The translations under genes were made by a program, and so were the position numbers. The notes below the pieces were generated by a model. The model ran no database searches, was not told the DNA's origin, and saw only the letters and a program-made list of their open reading frames with translations. Positions 23,102 through 37,199 of a DNA stretch of 43,598 nt are shown here, in pieces (the first letter of the stretch is position 1; every line of letters begins with the position of its first letter). This DNA is from Octopus bimaculoides (Eukaryota). The stretch covers positions 36,354,814-36,398,411 of the forward strand of contig NC_068998.1 of the NCBI RefSeq assembly GCF_001194135.2, read 5' to 3'.

Positions 23102-23360
23102 TTAATGAACACAGTATATTTTTATAAGCTACTAACAGTTTCCTGCGATGAAAACGACACATACAGCAGTTTATAACATGTCTGGTGCCCTCATTAATCT
23201 TCAGGCTGCGCTCACATGGCATGTTTTAGCTTGTGTATGTCATGTGAACACAGCTTGAAGATTGTATGAAGGCACCAGACGTGTTATAAAATGCTGTTTC
23301 TGTCGTTTTCATTGCATGAAACTGCTAGTAGCTTATAAAAATATATACTGAGTTCATTAA
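23102..23360. mobile_element. Fold-back (near-palindromic) element with ~121-124 bp arms, a ~14 nt loop and TTAA at both ends
   Basis: 23102-23222 aligns to the reverse complement of 23237-23360 with 14 substitutions and 2 indels by hand. Confidence 0.8.
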
Positions 23361-23361
23361 A

Positions 23362-23404
<43 letters not shown>

Positions 23405-23419
23405 CGTATATATATTTAT

Positions 23420-23745
23420 GTATTTATTTTATTTATGCGCCCTTTTAAAGCCTAGCCAGGCTCATGGGCTCGGTTTCCCGGTTTCTATGGCGTATGTGTC
23501 CCCCCCCCCCCAGGCGGACGGGACGCCAGTCCATCGTAGCGTTACTCAAGAAGCAGGAAGAAAGAGTGAGAGAAAGTTGGGGCGAAAGAGTACAACAGGG
23601 GTCACCACCACTCTCTGCCGAAGCCTCGTGGAGCTTTTAGGTGTTTTCGCTCAATAAACACTCACAACGCCCGGTCTGGGAATTGAAACCGCGATTCTCC
23701 GACCGCGAGTCCACTGCCCTAACCACTGGGCCATTGTGCCTCCAC
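23420..23745 (-). mobile_element. SINE family C, 3' tail type 2
   Basis: Head and body as at 10542-10737, then ctacgatggactggcgtcccgtcc...gagcctggctaggctttaaaagggcgc and a (TAAA)n-like tail. Confidence 0.9.
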
Positions 23746-23878
23746 ATACGTATAAATAGTATAATAGAATACCATCACCAATTTAATCAGCTGTTCCACC
23801 ACGTTACGAACTTTAGCTACAAAACTAACTACATAACACTCACGAGGCTATCATAATTCACACACACAAACACACACA

Positions 23879-23945
<67 letters not shown>

Positions 23946-24074
23946 NNNNNNNNNNNNNNNNNNNNNNNNNNNNNNNNNNNNNNNNNNNNNNNNNNNNNNN
24001 NNNNNNNNNNNNNNNNNNNNNNNNNNNNNNNNNNNNNNNNNNNNNNNNNNNNNNNNNNNATACACATACACGTG

Positions 24075-24308
24075 AAGGCGTCGAGCTGGCAGAAACGTTA
24101 GCACGCCGGGCGAAATGCTTAGCGGTATTTCGTCTGCCGCTACGTTCTGAGTTCAAATTCCGCCGAGGTCGACTTTGCCTTTCATCCTTTCGGGGTCGAT
24201 TAAATAAGTACCAGTTACACACTGGGGTCGATATAATCGACTTAATCCGTTTGTCTGTCCTTGTTTGTCCCCTCTGTGTGTAGCCCCTTGTGGGTAGTAA
24301 AGAAATAA
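24075..24308 (+). mobile_element. Intact SINE family B copy with an alternative 3' tail
   Basis: A-box-like tggcagaaacgttag (24087-24101), B box gttcaaattcc (24151-24161), central ctttcatcctttcggggtcga, tail ...gccccttgtgggtagtaaagaaata. Confidence 0.92.
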
Positions 24309-24346
24309 CACACATATACACATACACTCACACACACACACACTCA

Positions 24347-24416
<70 letters not shown>

Positions 24417-24544
24417 TACATGATATAGTAAAGAAAGAAAAATTACATGCAAACATACAAAGTACGTTCACAGATATTTAGATTGTTGAACAGAATGAAA
24501 CAATAATGGGGTGTAAGCAATGCATTAGACCTATAAAGGATGTT

Positions 24545-24685
24545 GCAAGCCTTTCCGAGGAGACAGGTCGATTACATCAACCCCAGTACTTGACTGGTAC
24601 TGTATTGCGTCTGTCGTGAAAGAATGAAAAGCAGAGCTGACCTTTGCAACATTTGAACTCAGAACGTAACGAACCGGAAGACAAA
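24545..24685 (-). mobile_element. Diverged SINE family B
   Basis: gtcgattacatcaaccccagtacttgactggtac...atttgaactcagaacgt. Confidence 0.75.
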
Positions 24686-25479
24686 CCATAATAAAATGCA
24701 AATTATACATAACTGTGCATGACCCATTCTGAAAGGCTGCACACAGACCACACGGATAGATCACCGTTATAACAAAACTAATGCACTAAAAATGAAAGAT
24801 CTCCTAAGCATGAGAAAAAAGGCTCAGTTTGTTACTGCTTCAAGGGAGCCTCGGCGTGGTTGCTTGACTTGCTAGAAATAGCAACAAAGTTTCTTTTCAA
24901 TCATACCATACAGTCTTAAAATACCACATTCTAGCATTAGTTATATGAAACTTGAAAAGGATTGTGATTATTGGAATGTCTTTTATCGTAACTCTGTTTA
25001 ATCAGTACCACTCTGGGGTTAAACAACAACAACAACAACATAGATGCACACGCTATCCTATGTGGACACCTCTACGTCCATTTGACTTACTAGAAACAGA
25101 TGCCAAAATATATCCCAAATCACACTCCACCGCCTTAGAAAATAGAATACTGTATATTCTCCTTGATATTCCATCCGAAAGACATGATGGTCATAGCTAG
25201 AATACCTTTGATCGTAAGCCTATTCTATCAAATCTGACACTTAGATAAGCAATAATAACAAATACAGAGACTATTTAGAGATTGAAATATTTTCTGACAG
25301 TTATACTGCTATGCCCCAACACGATTCATCACTATATACTAGATGATACAGCATGTTCCTTGGTTAAGTGGTACAATTTGTTTAACTGGAAAACTAGAAC
25401 TGTGGGTCGTGTCTAGCAGTTTAGCAGTTTACATTGAATGCTATGAGAGTGCTGGGTAAGAGCCGACGTATTTATAATA

Positions 25480-25600
25480 GCAGAGAATTGGAAGAGTGGT
25501 TAGTGTGTAGGAGATATTTGTCTCGGATGCCTGCGCACTTAGTTCAAAGGCCGTCGAGATCAATGTTACCTTTCATTCTTTCGGGGTTGATCAGAGTGAA
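25480..25600 (+). mobile_element. Degenerate SINE family B head and central region
   Basis: agttcaaaggccgtcgagatcaatgttacctttcattctttcggggttgat. Confidence 0.5.
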
Positions 25601-27583
25601 CGATTAGCGGAATTGTCATAACTTTGTACTAGTTGTTCCGGCTCTTTGCTTTTTAAATTCCTGATAGTAGACATAATTTGTCGCCTTATTTAATGCCACC
25701 ACCTGGTCCATTGGTGGTTTTAGCAGAGTTTACTCTATTGCAAACATTTGGACCACGTTTCTGATTTGAAAATCACTTTCGCCGATCAGACTTACCAACC
25801 CTAAGACAATATAGGATTTCGGACGCTGCCCTTCCCTCTTTGACTAAGTAGTAAAAATATGAAAGAACGACGACAACAATGCCATTACATCTTAGGCATT
25901 GTACATCATACAAAAGTTATACGTTATGACAATTTCTTTTGGTTACACAGAAATTTAGAGTCAATGTTGTAGAGATGTAGATAAAATGATATCAACATGC
26001 AGCTAGTACCTATGTTATTGACAGCAATTAAGGATAAATGGGTATTTACATCTCTGATGTATTTGAATGTAGAAACCTAAACTGCCTGTTCGTGTTGGAA
26101 GACGTCAAATTCCTAATACATAAGACAGAGTTTATATGATTATATTACACTCGAATAAATGGGGCTGTTATATGTCACGGTTTACAACGGTTTATATCCA
26201 CATTAAAATTAATTCCACATCCAGCGAAGGAAAGAGTAATGACATGAAGACTAATACACAATAAAATCTTGCAACATTTCTCCTGTGTCTTGTCGTTTAT
26301 TTCTTATGTATAAAGCAGAAGCAAAAATATTAGTGGTTTTTAACCATCAACTTTAAAAGAATATTTCTCAAGCCGAGATTAAATCTTATTAAACAGTATG
26401 ATAAATACCAGTCTCCACATTCTATTCATTCTATTAAACGAAATAATAATCGTTAGAATAATATCAATTAGAATCTACTTTTTATTCCAGAGTATTCTTT
26501 GAAAATGCTTTGAGCTGCTGCATGAACATCGAAGGTTATCAAGATGCTTGAAGATGAGGTATTCGGTTGCGTAAAGGTCTTAGGTATAAGATGGGTGTGG
26601 TAATGTCCAATGAATCTGCAAAGTTATTTGCGAAGCATATTGTCGAGCAATGTCACAGAGAAGAATTCGTTATTTTCGATTAACCAGTACTAGACGTAAA
26701 TGTTGAGATAATTGGTGGATTATTCAATTTACTAGTAACACTTCTCTACTGTGACGGTTTTGCAAAGATATCAAGAAGTAGTAATCAACTGTTCCTTCTG
26801 ATGACCACCTTGCTTTGATACTGTTTCAATTTTCGAAACCATTTTGGCACTTCTTCGTTCAGCATGAGACGTGATCTGTTGTCGTATAGCATACATATTG
26901 TTACATATCGCAATGTGATCATGAATGGATATTTTGCTGCTCAAAAGTGCAGAAAAAGTTTCATTAAGAGTGATTTTTAAATTTTCGTTCAGCCCGTGTA
27001 GCATCATTTGCCAATCTTTTTTCAGTATTCAATATGGTGCACATATAACATAACTGTCAAATGTTCAACATTTAGTTTTCCTCCAAACTCTTGAGTTGTT
27101 TTATCTTGGGTCCGCTTCAATAATGGCCCTGAGTTAGTCACTAACCTTCCTCATCTTCGAAACACTGTGCTACGAAACTCTTTTAAAACCAATGTCGAGT
27201 TGTACATTCATTTATGATCCTCTGACCAACTTCCTTCTCGACCCTCTGCGCATTTCCCGCTGTTTTGCTCTCTATTTGAACAAATTCAATAAAATTACTT
27301 AAAATCGTCTGTTTCATCTATAATTCAACAACTCAAATGAGAAGAAACGATGAAAGCAAAACAATTAGCATAAATCAGATCGAATCTTCAAACTGGTTTA
27401 TTACATGAATATATTAATGAAAGTTTATTCCAAAATAAGCATCACCGTTTAAAGTACAAAAATGCAATTAAATTTTAGCAATGGCCGAATGATTAAAGAT
27501 GATTAGGTTGTGTCATCTCCGGCAGCTTTTCCAGTGATAGACATTTGAAGTCAGCCTCCCAAATGGATTGCAGAGTTTCACTG

Positions 27584-27584
<1 letters not shown>

Positions 27585-27649
<65 letters not shown>
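27585..27649. repeat. (ATT)n microsatellite
   Basis: Direct reading. Confidence 0.97.
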
Positions 27650-28146
27650 GTGGCTGTTGTTTACCTTAGCTCAGTCCTGATTCAGCAGATGTATGATCAA
27701 AGACGTTCCAGTCGTGATAACGCCATCGTTTTCTATATTTTGGACAGCACTATCGAATGTGTTCTTTCCTTTTAAAAAGCTATAAAATTTGATCAAGCAA
27801 CTACGTACGTGTTCTCACGTTAGCTCATTGCAATTGAAACGTTTAGTCACAGAGTATCGTAAGTCCCACCCCGGCCATATTCGAGGTTAGTATATCATTT
27901 TCATTGTCTCTACGTCTAGAATCCGAAAAAGTTGGGAGGTAGAACCGGTGAGACTTGCAATAAGGTCGAAAATCCGGTTGAAAAAAATTGTACCTCGACG
28001 CTATTGACACGACGCTCGCTCACTCAAACTCAGACCAGAGAGTTTAGTCGCACACCATAGTAAGCACACACGCTCAATCAATAACTTTGGTATGGTCCTT
28101 GTATCGGTTTTCGAGGTGTTATGACTCATTTAGCATCGTAACGAAG

Positions 28147-28220
28147 AAAATTATCTTACTTTTTTGTTTTAATTACCTCCAAAAAATTATCTTACTTTTT
28201 TGTTTTAATTACCTCCAAAA
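28147..28220. repeat. Perfect 36-bp tandem duplication
   Basis: aaaattatcttacttttttgttttaattacctccaa at 28147 and 28183. Confidence 0.92.
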
Positions 28221-30315
28221 GATACCTACCTTGGTATATTAAAACACAAACAATACCTTTTGGGTGGTGTCTCTATGTTTTTTCTAGATATTATGGCTAA
28301 TATATGCAACGCGATACACAGTTTCGTAGTACAAGTATATTCTACAAAATGAGAAAAAAAAAGCACAATCATTGTTTCATCTTTCAAATGCATACATAAA
28401 CAAATCATTTTACATATGTGTAATGATTAAAGGAGGTCTTCACGGTCATCTTAAGACCAAAAACAGCTTTCTAACCTCATTCCTTGCTGAGATATCGCAT
28501 TCTGAAAGTCGCGAAACTTTGCGTTTTTCTCGGTTTTTAAGTTGTGACGCTTACGGCGGTCAGTTACTAAGCGCCTCAATTACAGTGATGACTTTTGTGA
28601 CATCGAAGAACCTATTTAAATCGACTACAGAATGTCCAATGTATTGAACAAAGACACGAAACAGTACCTGTAACAAGGTACGAACTCACAACACTCAACT
28701 GATTTGTCGAAGCACTATGATCTTCACGAGCCATGGCACTTCATTTCAAAGTAAGCAAAAAAAACAGCCACAACATAATTCACTGTTACAACATTTTATC
28801 TCCTCTTTTGCCCCTAGTAATCACATCATTTCCTTTCATATACCGTCTCATCGACCATTTGCCTCTCAATCTTTCTTTCTTTCTCAGTCTCCCTTTCTTG
28901 TTTGGAACCTGTTTTTAGATCCCTTTGTACGCTCAGTAGCTCTCATAGATCATCTAGCTAGTATTATCTGTTTCCACTCATAAATCTATGTTCACGGAAA
29001 TACAGTCGCAAAACTAATTCTACAATACGTGAAGGTAATACATCAGTCAGGAATGTTAAAAATAGTAATACATCAATCTATAGGAACTGATTGGACACTT
29101 CCGGTATCTAACGAAAATATGTAAATATATTTTCTTTAGACAAGTTCAAATGTTAGAAACGTAAAAAAGAAAAGGAAGTTGATTAAATTTCATTTAATAA
29201 TGGCTCACAGGCAATGGTTTCTTCGAGATGGTTTGGCATTTATTAAGCAAACCAGCAAAAAATAAAATGGAAATATTTATTGACTATAATCGGCTTCAAG
29301 TCTTAGAAAGTTTCAATTTCCGGTTGATTTCTTCGGGAATTTTCTTCGTTCGAAACTTAATGTTGTCAGGAATAAATCACACTTAAGCCAATAAAAATAT
29401 CTGTTCTCTTAAAATTTCAAGTCTTCCCTTGAGGGAGTAATAGAGAGAGGGAGAGAGAAAGAGAAAGAGAAAGAGAGAAGGAGAAGAGAGAGAAAACTAA
29501 TTTATTCCTGTGGTTATTACAATAATCAACAATAATGAAAAAATAAAATCACCTACCCACTCTAATCTTTGGTAAACAAGCGTAAAATTGATATGCTTGG
29601 GAATTGCAATCGTTCATAAAGCAGTAAAGATAGATTGGAAACTAAACAGGAATCAAATATCTGCAAACGAGGAGAAATAATATCAGCGTTGGGAAATCAG
29701 TATATCATGGATAGATAAGAATTTTTCTTGCAATAAAACGAGTAAACAGAGTAACGGGAAGTGAGACATTCTGAGATTGGGAATCCGTTTTAATCTGAAA
29801 GACTACAAAATTGAATATGAATTAAAAATAAACCTGTGACAATTACGATTTTGTAATAGTAAATTAAAATATAAAAACTTTTTCTCTATAGATTATTACT
29901 TATTTCTAATTATAATGTAATATAAATAAACGTGGACGTTTGTTTCATATAGTTATATCACTAGATAACTAACGTCGCTCAATACGATATTTAATGAAAT
30001 AATCGGCGGCAAAGATCTTACAGAACAAAACTATAGTTCCCGATTTCACATCTGTTGCTAGTCTGAAGCGAATATAATGCTTATTAATTGTGAAACGATT
30101 ACGCTACTCTCAATTATAATTAGTCCATAGTGTCTGTATATAGACAATTGACCTGGATGATTTATGAGTGACTTCGGCATATACACAATTTGATACCCTA
30201 ATGAAGTGAACGGTGGTAGAACTCATTGTAAATATATTACAGTGAAAGTTTCCTCTTGCGTGTGAAATATAAGAGATACAGTGAGAAATGTTCAGTCTGA
30301 TTACACTGTCACAGC

Positions 30316-30316
<1 letters not shown>

Positions 30317-30389
<73 letters not shown>

Positions 30390-30503
30390 AAATTGTCTGC
30401 CTGTCTATCTATCAATTTGTCTGTCTGTCTGTATGTCTGTCTATCTATTTATCTATCTATCTATCAATGTGTCTGTCTGTCTGTCTGTCACCTATCTATC
30501 TAT
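30317..30503. repeat. (ATCT/GTCT)n microsatellite
   Basis: Direct reading. Confidence 0.95.
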
Positions 30504-31891
30504 ATACACAATAAATTTCTATTCTCTATTGCTTGTTCATCTTTTACGTCCTCGTGTTTTGGTATTTAACAAAAACCCTTAACAATACGAAACATAGCAA
30601 CAATAAATATCTTATCGAAATATTACGATTGATTTATCGATACGATTAAAAATGAATATAATCATATTATCTCTGAGATATTTAAAGGCGGATCTCACAG
30701 TATGCGATTGTCGAAGGATGTTTTTTTTGTGAACTTTTTTTGACTTACTGTATCGTTGGAACTGTTTGTAGTGTGTACAATACGCAATATGTCTGGTCAC
30801 TCACGAGTGTTACTAACAACATTTAGACCAGTAGAATATCCTACTGAGTTTCTCACCAGGTATACCTGATGAGGAGGTTTGCTAGGAACCCCGCCGGAAA
30901 AACGAAACAAAACAATACCTGTTATAAGTACAGATTAGGCTAACACAGGCTCAACGAATATGGAGCAATAACGTAGGAACTTAGAAATTCCAGGTTAGTG
31001 TCACGCTTACTGTAAGACTATTGGGAATGAGAAACATTCGCTTTTGTTAAAGCATTTCTCTAGAAGGCGCTACTGTGTCCACAACTACACCGGCGATATA
31101 ACTTGGCAGGGCGTTTGAGATCGGCAGCCAGGGAAGACAATTACACTAGAAAAAGGACAGCTCAGAGCATAAACTTTTAGTGCCTGCGAAGAGGCGGAAC
31201 CTAAGAAATCTAACCTCCGGTTGGAAGAGATAGCCAGATCCATGGGTTTTGTTGATCTCAAAATGAGCGTGAAAATGGAACGAAGAGATTGGAAACCAGG
31301 CTAGAAGGGGTACTCCGAGCTTAAATCTGAGTGCATTTTTTCGAAAAGATGGATGCTAAAGCATTCAGCTATTGGTCAGGAGTGAACTCGAGACCCACCG
31401 ATCCTAAAGAGAGCTTGAAGATTCAACAAATTGGATGTATCTAATTTGGCCATGTGGATAGGGAGTCAGTAAGTACAGAAAAAAAGTTAGTATTTCAGCT
31501 TGCTAATGATTTGGTTTGTTACAATTGTTAGCATGGAAAACTTCTAGCAAAGAAAAGGCAAAGATCTGGAATGATAACAGAACTCCAATAAATCATGAAA
31601 TGAGTTGAGAATAAACCTGGGGTCTACAAATGTTTATTGTCAGATGAAGATAATAGAATTTAGATTTTAAAGAGAAATGAGCACTTACAGAAAAATAAAA
31701 GGAGAGGCAGGTGTAAGTGCACATACATATATATGTATGCACATATATATATCTATGTATATATGCGTGCGTATGAATGTATATATATATATAACATACA
31801 TAAACATATATACATGAATGAATAAATATATATTGATATACATACTTATCTGTTTTTATACATACATATAGAAGTAATTATATAAAGGGAG

Positions 31892-31946
<55 letters not shown>

Positions 31947-32169
31947 AGGGAGAGAGAGAGAGGGGGGAGAGAGACAGAAAGAGACAGAGAAAGGAAGAGT
32001 GAGGACTTTCACGAATGATACAACTACATTCATTGTCGATTTTCTTAGCAGTGTAACCACGTTTGACTTTTCATTTATGTCAAGAACCAATTTTAAAGGC
32101 ATCCATTTAGATAATGGGATAAATTCAATTGCTCTATATATTTATTTCATAAAGTTCCTCTCTGTTTCT

Positions 32170-32700
32170 CTCGCTACGTACGTACGTATGTATATATGTA
32201 TGTACGTACGTATGTTATTATTCAGTTCCATTTGTAGATTTCTTGCCAATAGAGAAGGAGCCAGTTTCAATCCTAGGTCAAGGCTCTTGCACTGGAATGT
32301 CAACATCAACAAGGTATTTTTGTATGTGTGTATATGTGCAATATTTGAAGTCAGTGCATGTGCAGATTTTTTTATGTGTTCATGTTTTCTCACGCATATA
32401 GTTGCATACATTGACATGCGCATATATGCTTACACGATAAACTTCTGGAAAGATCTACAAATGTTTACAGTTCGAGTGATGGCTTGGATCTGTAGACTTT
32501 GAACCAGCTTTCTCCTTCCTGGTTTTGAGAATCCTATTTCCTCAAGATTGGTACTTAGGCATTGTGTTACATAGTTCAGAGCCCCAATAATTACAGGTAT
32601 AGATCCGAACTTTCTTAATAGTTTAGCAGTTTTCTTTTTCGCTGATCTTTAATCTTATTAACATCCGCTGGACACCTGACTTCCGTTGTTATCATCCACT
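32170..32700 (-). mobile_element. 5'-truncated REL-type LINE 3' end, related to 1783-2480, with (TACA/TACG)n tail
   Basis: EVRCPADVN...IPVIIGALNYVTQCLSTNLEEIGFSKPGRRKLVQSLQIQAITRTVNICRSFQKF, then a 3' UTR and tail. (TATG)n lies at the 5' junction (32711-32775). Confidence 0.8.
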
Positions 32701-33999
32701 GGACATGCACGTATGAATGTATTTATGTATGTATGTATGTATGTATAGTATATGTACGTATGTATGTACGTATGTATTTATGTTTCTATATCTCTCTCTC
32801 TATATATATATATCTTTATCATTCTGTCTGTTTGACGTATCTATGGGCAACAAAATTGTTTATAAAGATTATCACAGTCATCAGAAAGTTTTTCTATAAT
32901 GGATAGATACAGGCAGACAGACAGAAAGCTAGCTAGCTAGCTAGATAGATGATGGATTTATTGATTGATATGTATATAGATGTATACTGTAACAGTGTAA
33001 TCAAACTGAACATTTTTCACTGTATTTGAACGACTTTTTAAGTAAGTTAAATAGCATACTGTATGTATTTCTTCACTGAATTATGTCAATTTTCGAGCAA
33101 AGTACTTACCTAGTTTTATGAGTGGCTAAATATTTTGCTCGACAGCTTACATTGAATATCATATTTCTTTGACTGAAGCAAGCAGTTGACTTATATTGAA
33201 CAGAATTACTCGACTTTCTGAGGAACTCAGTGATAACAGTTTTTTTTAAATTTTTACCATAGCACGTACTTTACAGAGTATCTGCCTGGAATTTCCTATC
33301 TGAATGCAGCTCAGTCAAGTTTTTCTTCCTGTAGTGAATCTAGCATTTTAGTCATATTTCTGAAACCAGTATACCTTACTGATACAGCTCAGTCGTATTC
33401 CTATCCCAGTTGTAAGTGGCAGTGACGTAAACTGCAGTCACGTGGTATCATTTACCCGGTTTCGATTCCACATGAATTCATTAGTATTTATTTCGTTCTC
33501 AGTTCGAATTACATCGAGTCGTTATATAATTTGTATCAGTGAAGCTCTGGCGAGATTTAGTCGAGTAAACCTACCTAAAATTAGCGGCCATTTTTCATAG
33601 TAGCATTGATATGGTTGACGTTCGGTTTTGGAAACTTGCCAGTTTAGGTTTTCTTTCAAAATGCTAATGGTTTGAAATTTTCAGAGCGTTTTCAAGAGAA
33701 AAAAACGTTGGAGAAAATCCTAAATTGACACAACATGGACAAGAAGTGCATTTCGTTAATCTAGATTGGAGAGACATGTAGCTAAATATTCCACAAGCAG
33801 AATAGGTAAATAGATCTAACGCAAGACTATAAGTTCATTAATCGAGGATTATCTCGGTTTTTCTGGCATATAAGCAACTGAGAAGGTACTCACCCTATTT
33901 CCTGAGCGGCACGTCAGTCCGTCACGAAATTACCTCCCAAATGCTGCTAATACCATTTTTTTAACTGTGCAGAATATATTAATGTGAAACGCAAAATCA

Positions 34000-34078
34000 C
34001 CTCCCAGTCCAGGAATCGAACCTATGATCGAATGATCGCAAGCCTAACATCCTAACCGTGAGTCCAAGCGCCTTCACA
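34000..34078 (-). mobile_element. tRNA-like SINE head fragment (family C-like)
   Basis: ggaatcgaacctatgatc...cctaacc...gcgccttcac. Confidence 0.5.
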
Positions 34079-35271
34079 GAATAGGCAAAATGAAAGAACA
34101 ATACTTCTGTGGACCAGATCTGAGAAACCATTCTCTAACCGGCTAAATTGCATTTTTTTGGATTCGATCAAAGGGCGGCGTGTGCATGATCCATGCCATA
34201 AACCAGTGGACCAAGGAGTGGCAGAAATGGTAAAGTACCACACTGAATGCTACGTTAAATTTCGTTCCATTCATTTCAATTCTAAGAAATCTCACTTAGG
34301 GTAATTTGCCTTTCCGGCGTAAAGAAAATAACTAGCTCTCAAGTACTGTAAAGGATTTAAGCGCGCATAGCTCTTTCCTAAAACATGCGGTTTGTGCAAA
34401 GGCTAGAAATCAATATCCAATAGAAAATAAACAATTATATAAATCAAAACCAAAAAGAGGAAAGTAGAAATGGTGAGGGGGTGGGATGATCGCATCTCGT
34501 CTGAATTCTAATACACGTGACCAATCAAATTTAATCTCATAAGATTTAGCGTTTGACCTGGAAATATCAGCAGATGTTACCAAATCATCATGGCATGTGT
34601 TTGTTAATCTGCAGATGCTAAAACAGGACGTGTAGAGCGATGAGAAATTCTCCCCGTTAAAACTTTTGCGTTCATTGTGTACGAAAGTAACGAAATAGTC
34701 AAGTGTTCATTGGTCGACAAGCATTTGAATGTCTCGCTCTGACAGCTACAGTAGACGATATTGCATTACGAAAAAATAAAAAATAAAAAAATAACGAAAA
34801 ACTCTATTTTTGTTGTTTGCTTTTTTTGGTTCTTTTGCAATACTTATGCATTATGCATAGTCGTTGCATAAAAAATGCATTTAAGTAACTAACCACCATG
34901 AATAAATGAAGAAATCAAAATCTGTAGACGAGGTAGGGTTTCTTTCTATCATTTCTTGAATATATTTATGAAAGCAGTATCTAGTAGCAGCTGATTCTTT
35001 TGGGTTTTTCTTTTTTCGCTCAGTAATTTGTAATTATTTTGTAATTAATCTCCAAAGTCAGATAATTTGTTGGCAGGAAATATATAAACGAAAAATATGT
35101 ACCTTGAGGTTTCGTGAGGGGAGAAATAGAGGGTAAGATTTCAGTTATAACTCCTCAAATGAGATTTAAAAGATTTGATTTTTAAATACACACACACACA
35201 CACACACACACACTCTCTCTCTCTCTCTCTCTTTCTCTCTCTGACACGCACACATGAATGTACGTACGTCT

Positions 35272-35400
35272 CTTTTTGTTTGTGTTTGTCTACCACCAGG
35301 GGTTGACATCCGGTGCTGGTTTGTATATGTTCCCATAACTTAGCGATTCTGTAAAAGAGGTAACAAGAAGAGATAAAATAGGTAACGAGCTTCAGAGAAG
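35272..35400 (+). mobile_element. Degenerate SINE family A 3' half
   Basis: tgtgtttgtctaccacc..ttgacatccggtgctggtttg...cccataacttagcgattc. Confidence 0.6.
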
Positions 35401-35494
35401 TAATGTTGTTCATGCGATCAGCTAAAACCCTTCAAAACGGTGCACCAGCGTCATGCAGTCCAATATCTGAAAGAAGTAAAGATAAAAGATAAAA

Positions 35495-35602
35495 GACATC
35501 TATCTGTCTGTCTGCCAGCATGTCTGTTTGTCTCTGTCTGCTTGACTGCCTGCCTCTCTATCCTGTTTGTTTATCTATCTGCCTGCCTACCTGTCTGTCT
35601 GC

Positions 35603-35640
<38 letters not shown>

Positions 35641-35641
35641 G

Positions 35642-35698
<57 letters not shown>

Positions 35699-35725
35699 CT
35701 GTCTATCTATCTATGTGTCTGTCTT
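35495..35725. repeat. Compound (TCTG)/(CT)/(TA) microsatellite
   Basis: Direct reading. Confidence 0.95.
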
Positions 35726-36209
35726 TGTGTATAATCCTATCATTGGAGACGAAGCAGAGCACCAAAAACATCTTCACTTTCTCTCTCAAGCTGGTGGTGG
35801 ATAGATGTTTGGAAGCCTAACTTGAGCATCTAACCTGGCAAATCATTCAGGTTTAGATCGAATACATGTAGCAAAAAATATATTTAAATATCAGATGATG
35901 TTATCCTCGTTTAACCCCATATCGACCCTGATCCATGATTAAAAGTATTCAATCAACATTAATTTCATTTTTTCTTTCACTAATAGTGTATCCTGGTTTA
36001 AATGACCCAATATGTTCTCTCTTTAGGAGGGTGGGTGTGATTTAAAGGAAACTATGACTGCCATTTCTAACAAGTCTTTCCTTGTCGTAAAGGCTACCTG
36101 GTTGGCTCTCCGGATGAGACGACTGGGCGCGGCTGTGTGGATGCTGGTAACTTGGCACATTTAATCTGTTTTGGTGGCCGTACTTTCTGGCACTGGAGGC
36201 AAACACACA

Positions 36210-36254
<45 letters not shown>

Positions 36255-36433
36255 ACACACACACATACGCTCACACAAAAAAGTGCAAGCGCGCGAGCAG
36301 AAATATGTCGATATAGCAAGAGTGAGAGAGAAGTATCATAATTTATCAATTGAACACGATTGACATAAGCACTCACCCCTCTGCTTATAGACATGAAATG
36401 AAATATGCTCAAACACATAGAGGAAAGGCAGAA

Positions 36434-36435
<2 letters not shown>

Positions 36436-36511
<76 letters not shown>
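36436..36511. repeat. (GA)n microsatellite
   Basis: Direct reading. Confidence 0.97.
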
Positions 36512-36514
<3 letters not shown>

Positions 36515-37039
36515 CATTAAAACGAGAGAAAAATTAAAGCATCCGTGGTCAAGTAAGTCAGCGTTGAATCAGTGACGTTAAATTGGTGGAGCTGCACCAA
36601 CACACGGTTAAGTATACCACCTCAAGTTAAGCCTTTCTCATCCTATTCATACTAACATACATTAGCATTAGTCTACGAATTCTAGTTTACAAAGATACTG
36701 ACTATTGTCTTTTTTTACTTTATTGGAGCTGCAGTGTTTCTAATTCCAAAATACTTATTTTTTTGCATGACTACGTTACCTTGTGGTGTTGTGATGTAAT
36801 TAACCAAATTTTCGTCTAGTAGTCACTGTGATTTTATTTCAAGATTTACTCATTCATTCATCCATTTCTGTTGAGTCTAGTACTACGAAAGAATGCTTTA
36901 CTGAGGAGGTTACAATAAGACCGAAATATGCTCGAAATTTTCTCCGGTACTCATCACTTTTCTTATCATTTACTCATTTCCAGTTAGTTTTGTCAAAGTT
37001 CCATAGATTAAGAATCAGTGCGAACTTTCGTGTACTCTT

Positions 37040-37197
37040 TGTGTGGTAAGAAGCATGGTTCTCAAGCACATGGTCCAGGGTTCAGTCCCACTATATGGCA
37101 CCTTGGGCAAATATCTTCTACTATAGGCTCGAACCGACCAAAGCTTTGTGAGTGGATTCGGTAAACGGAGACTGAGAGAAGCCCGTCGTATATATAA
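37040..37197 (+). mobile_element. SINE family A 5' half
   Basis: tgtgtggtaagaagc...gggttcagtcccact..ggcaccttgggcaaa...gaagcccgtcgtatata. Confidence 0.85.
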
Positions 37198-37199
37198 CT

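Noticed and set aside
25796-25843. 48-nt minus-strand micro-exon candidate (tacttag|...ttg|gtaagt)
   Set aside because: The splice signals are good, but such pairs arise by chance in 43 kb and neither open frame is recognisable.
26480-27010. 78-aa minus-strand ORF in non-repetitive sequence
   Set aside because: It has no recognisable domain, no splice support, and stops in the continuation.
28427-28700. ttaaagg start suggesting a Kolobok-type DNA transposon end
   Set aside because: No matching inverted terminus was found in the window.
30857-30921. CTGATGAG...GAAA as a hammerhead ribozyme
   Set aside because: GAAA does not follow stem II directly, and stem I and the cleavage triplet are not in canonical register.
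33104-33365. Minus-strand segment with a strong AG|GTAAGT donor and a tttcag acceptor
   Set aside because: Stops occur in all three phases. It could only be a non-coding exon, and there is no evidence for one.
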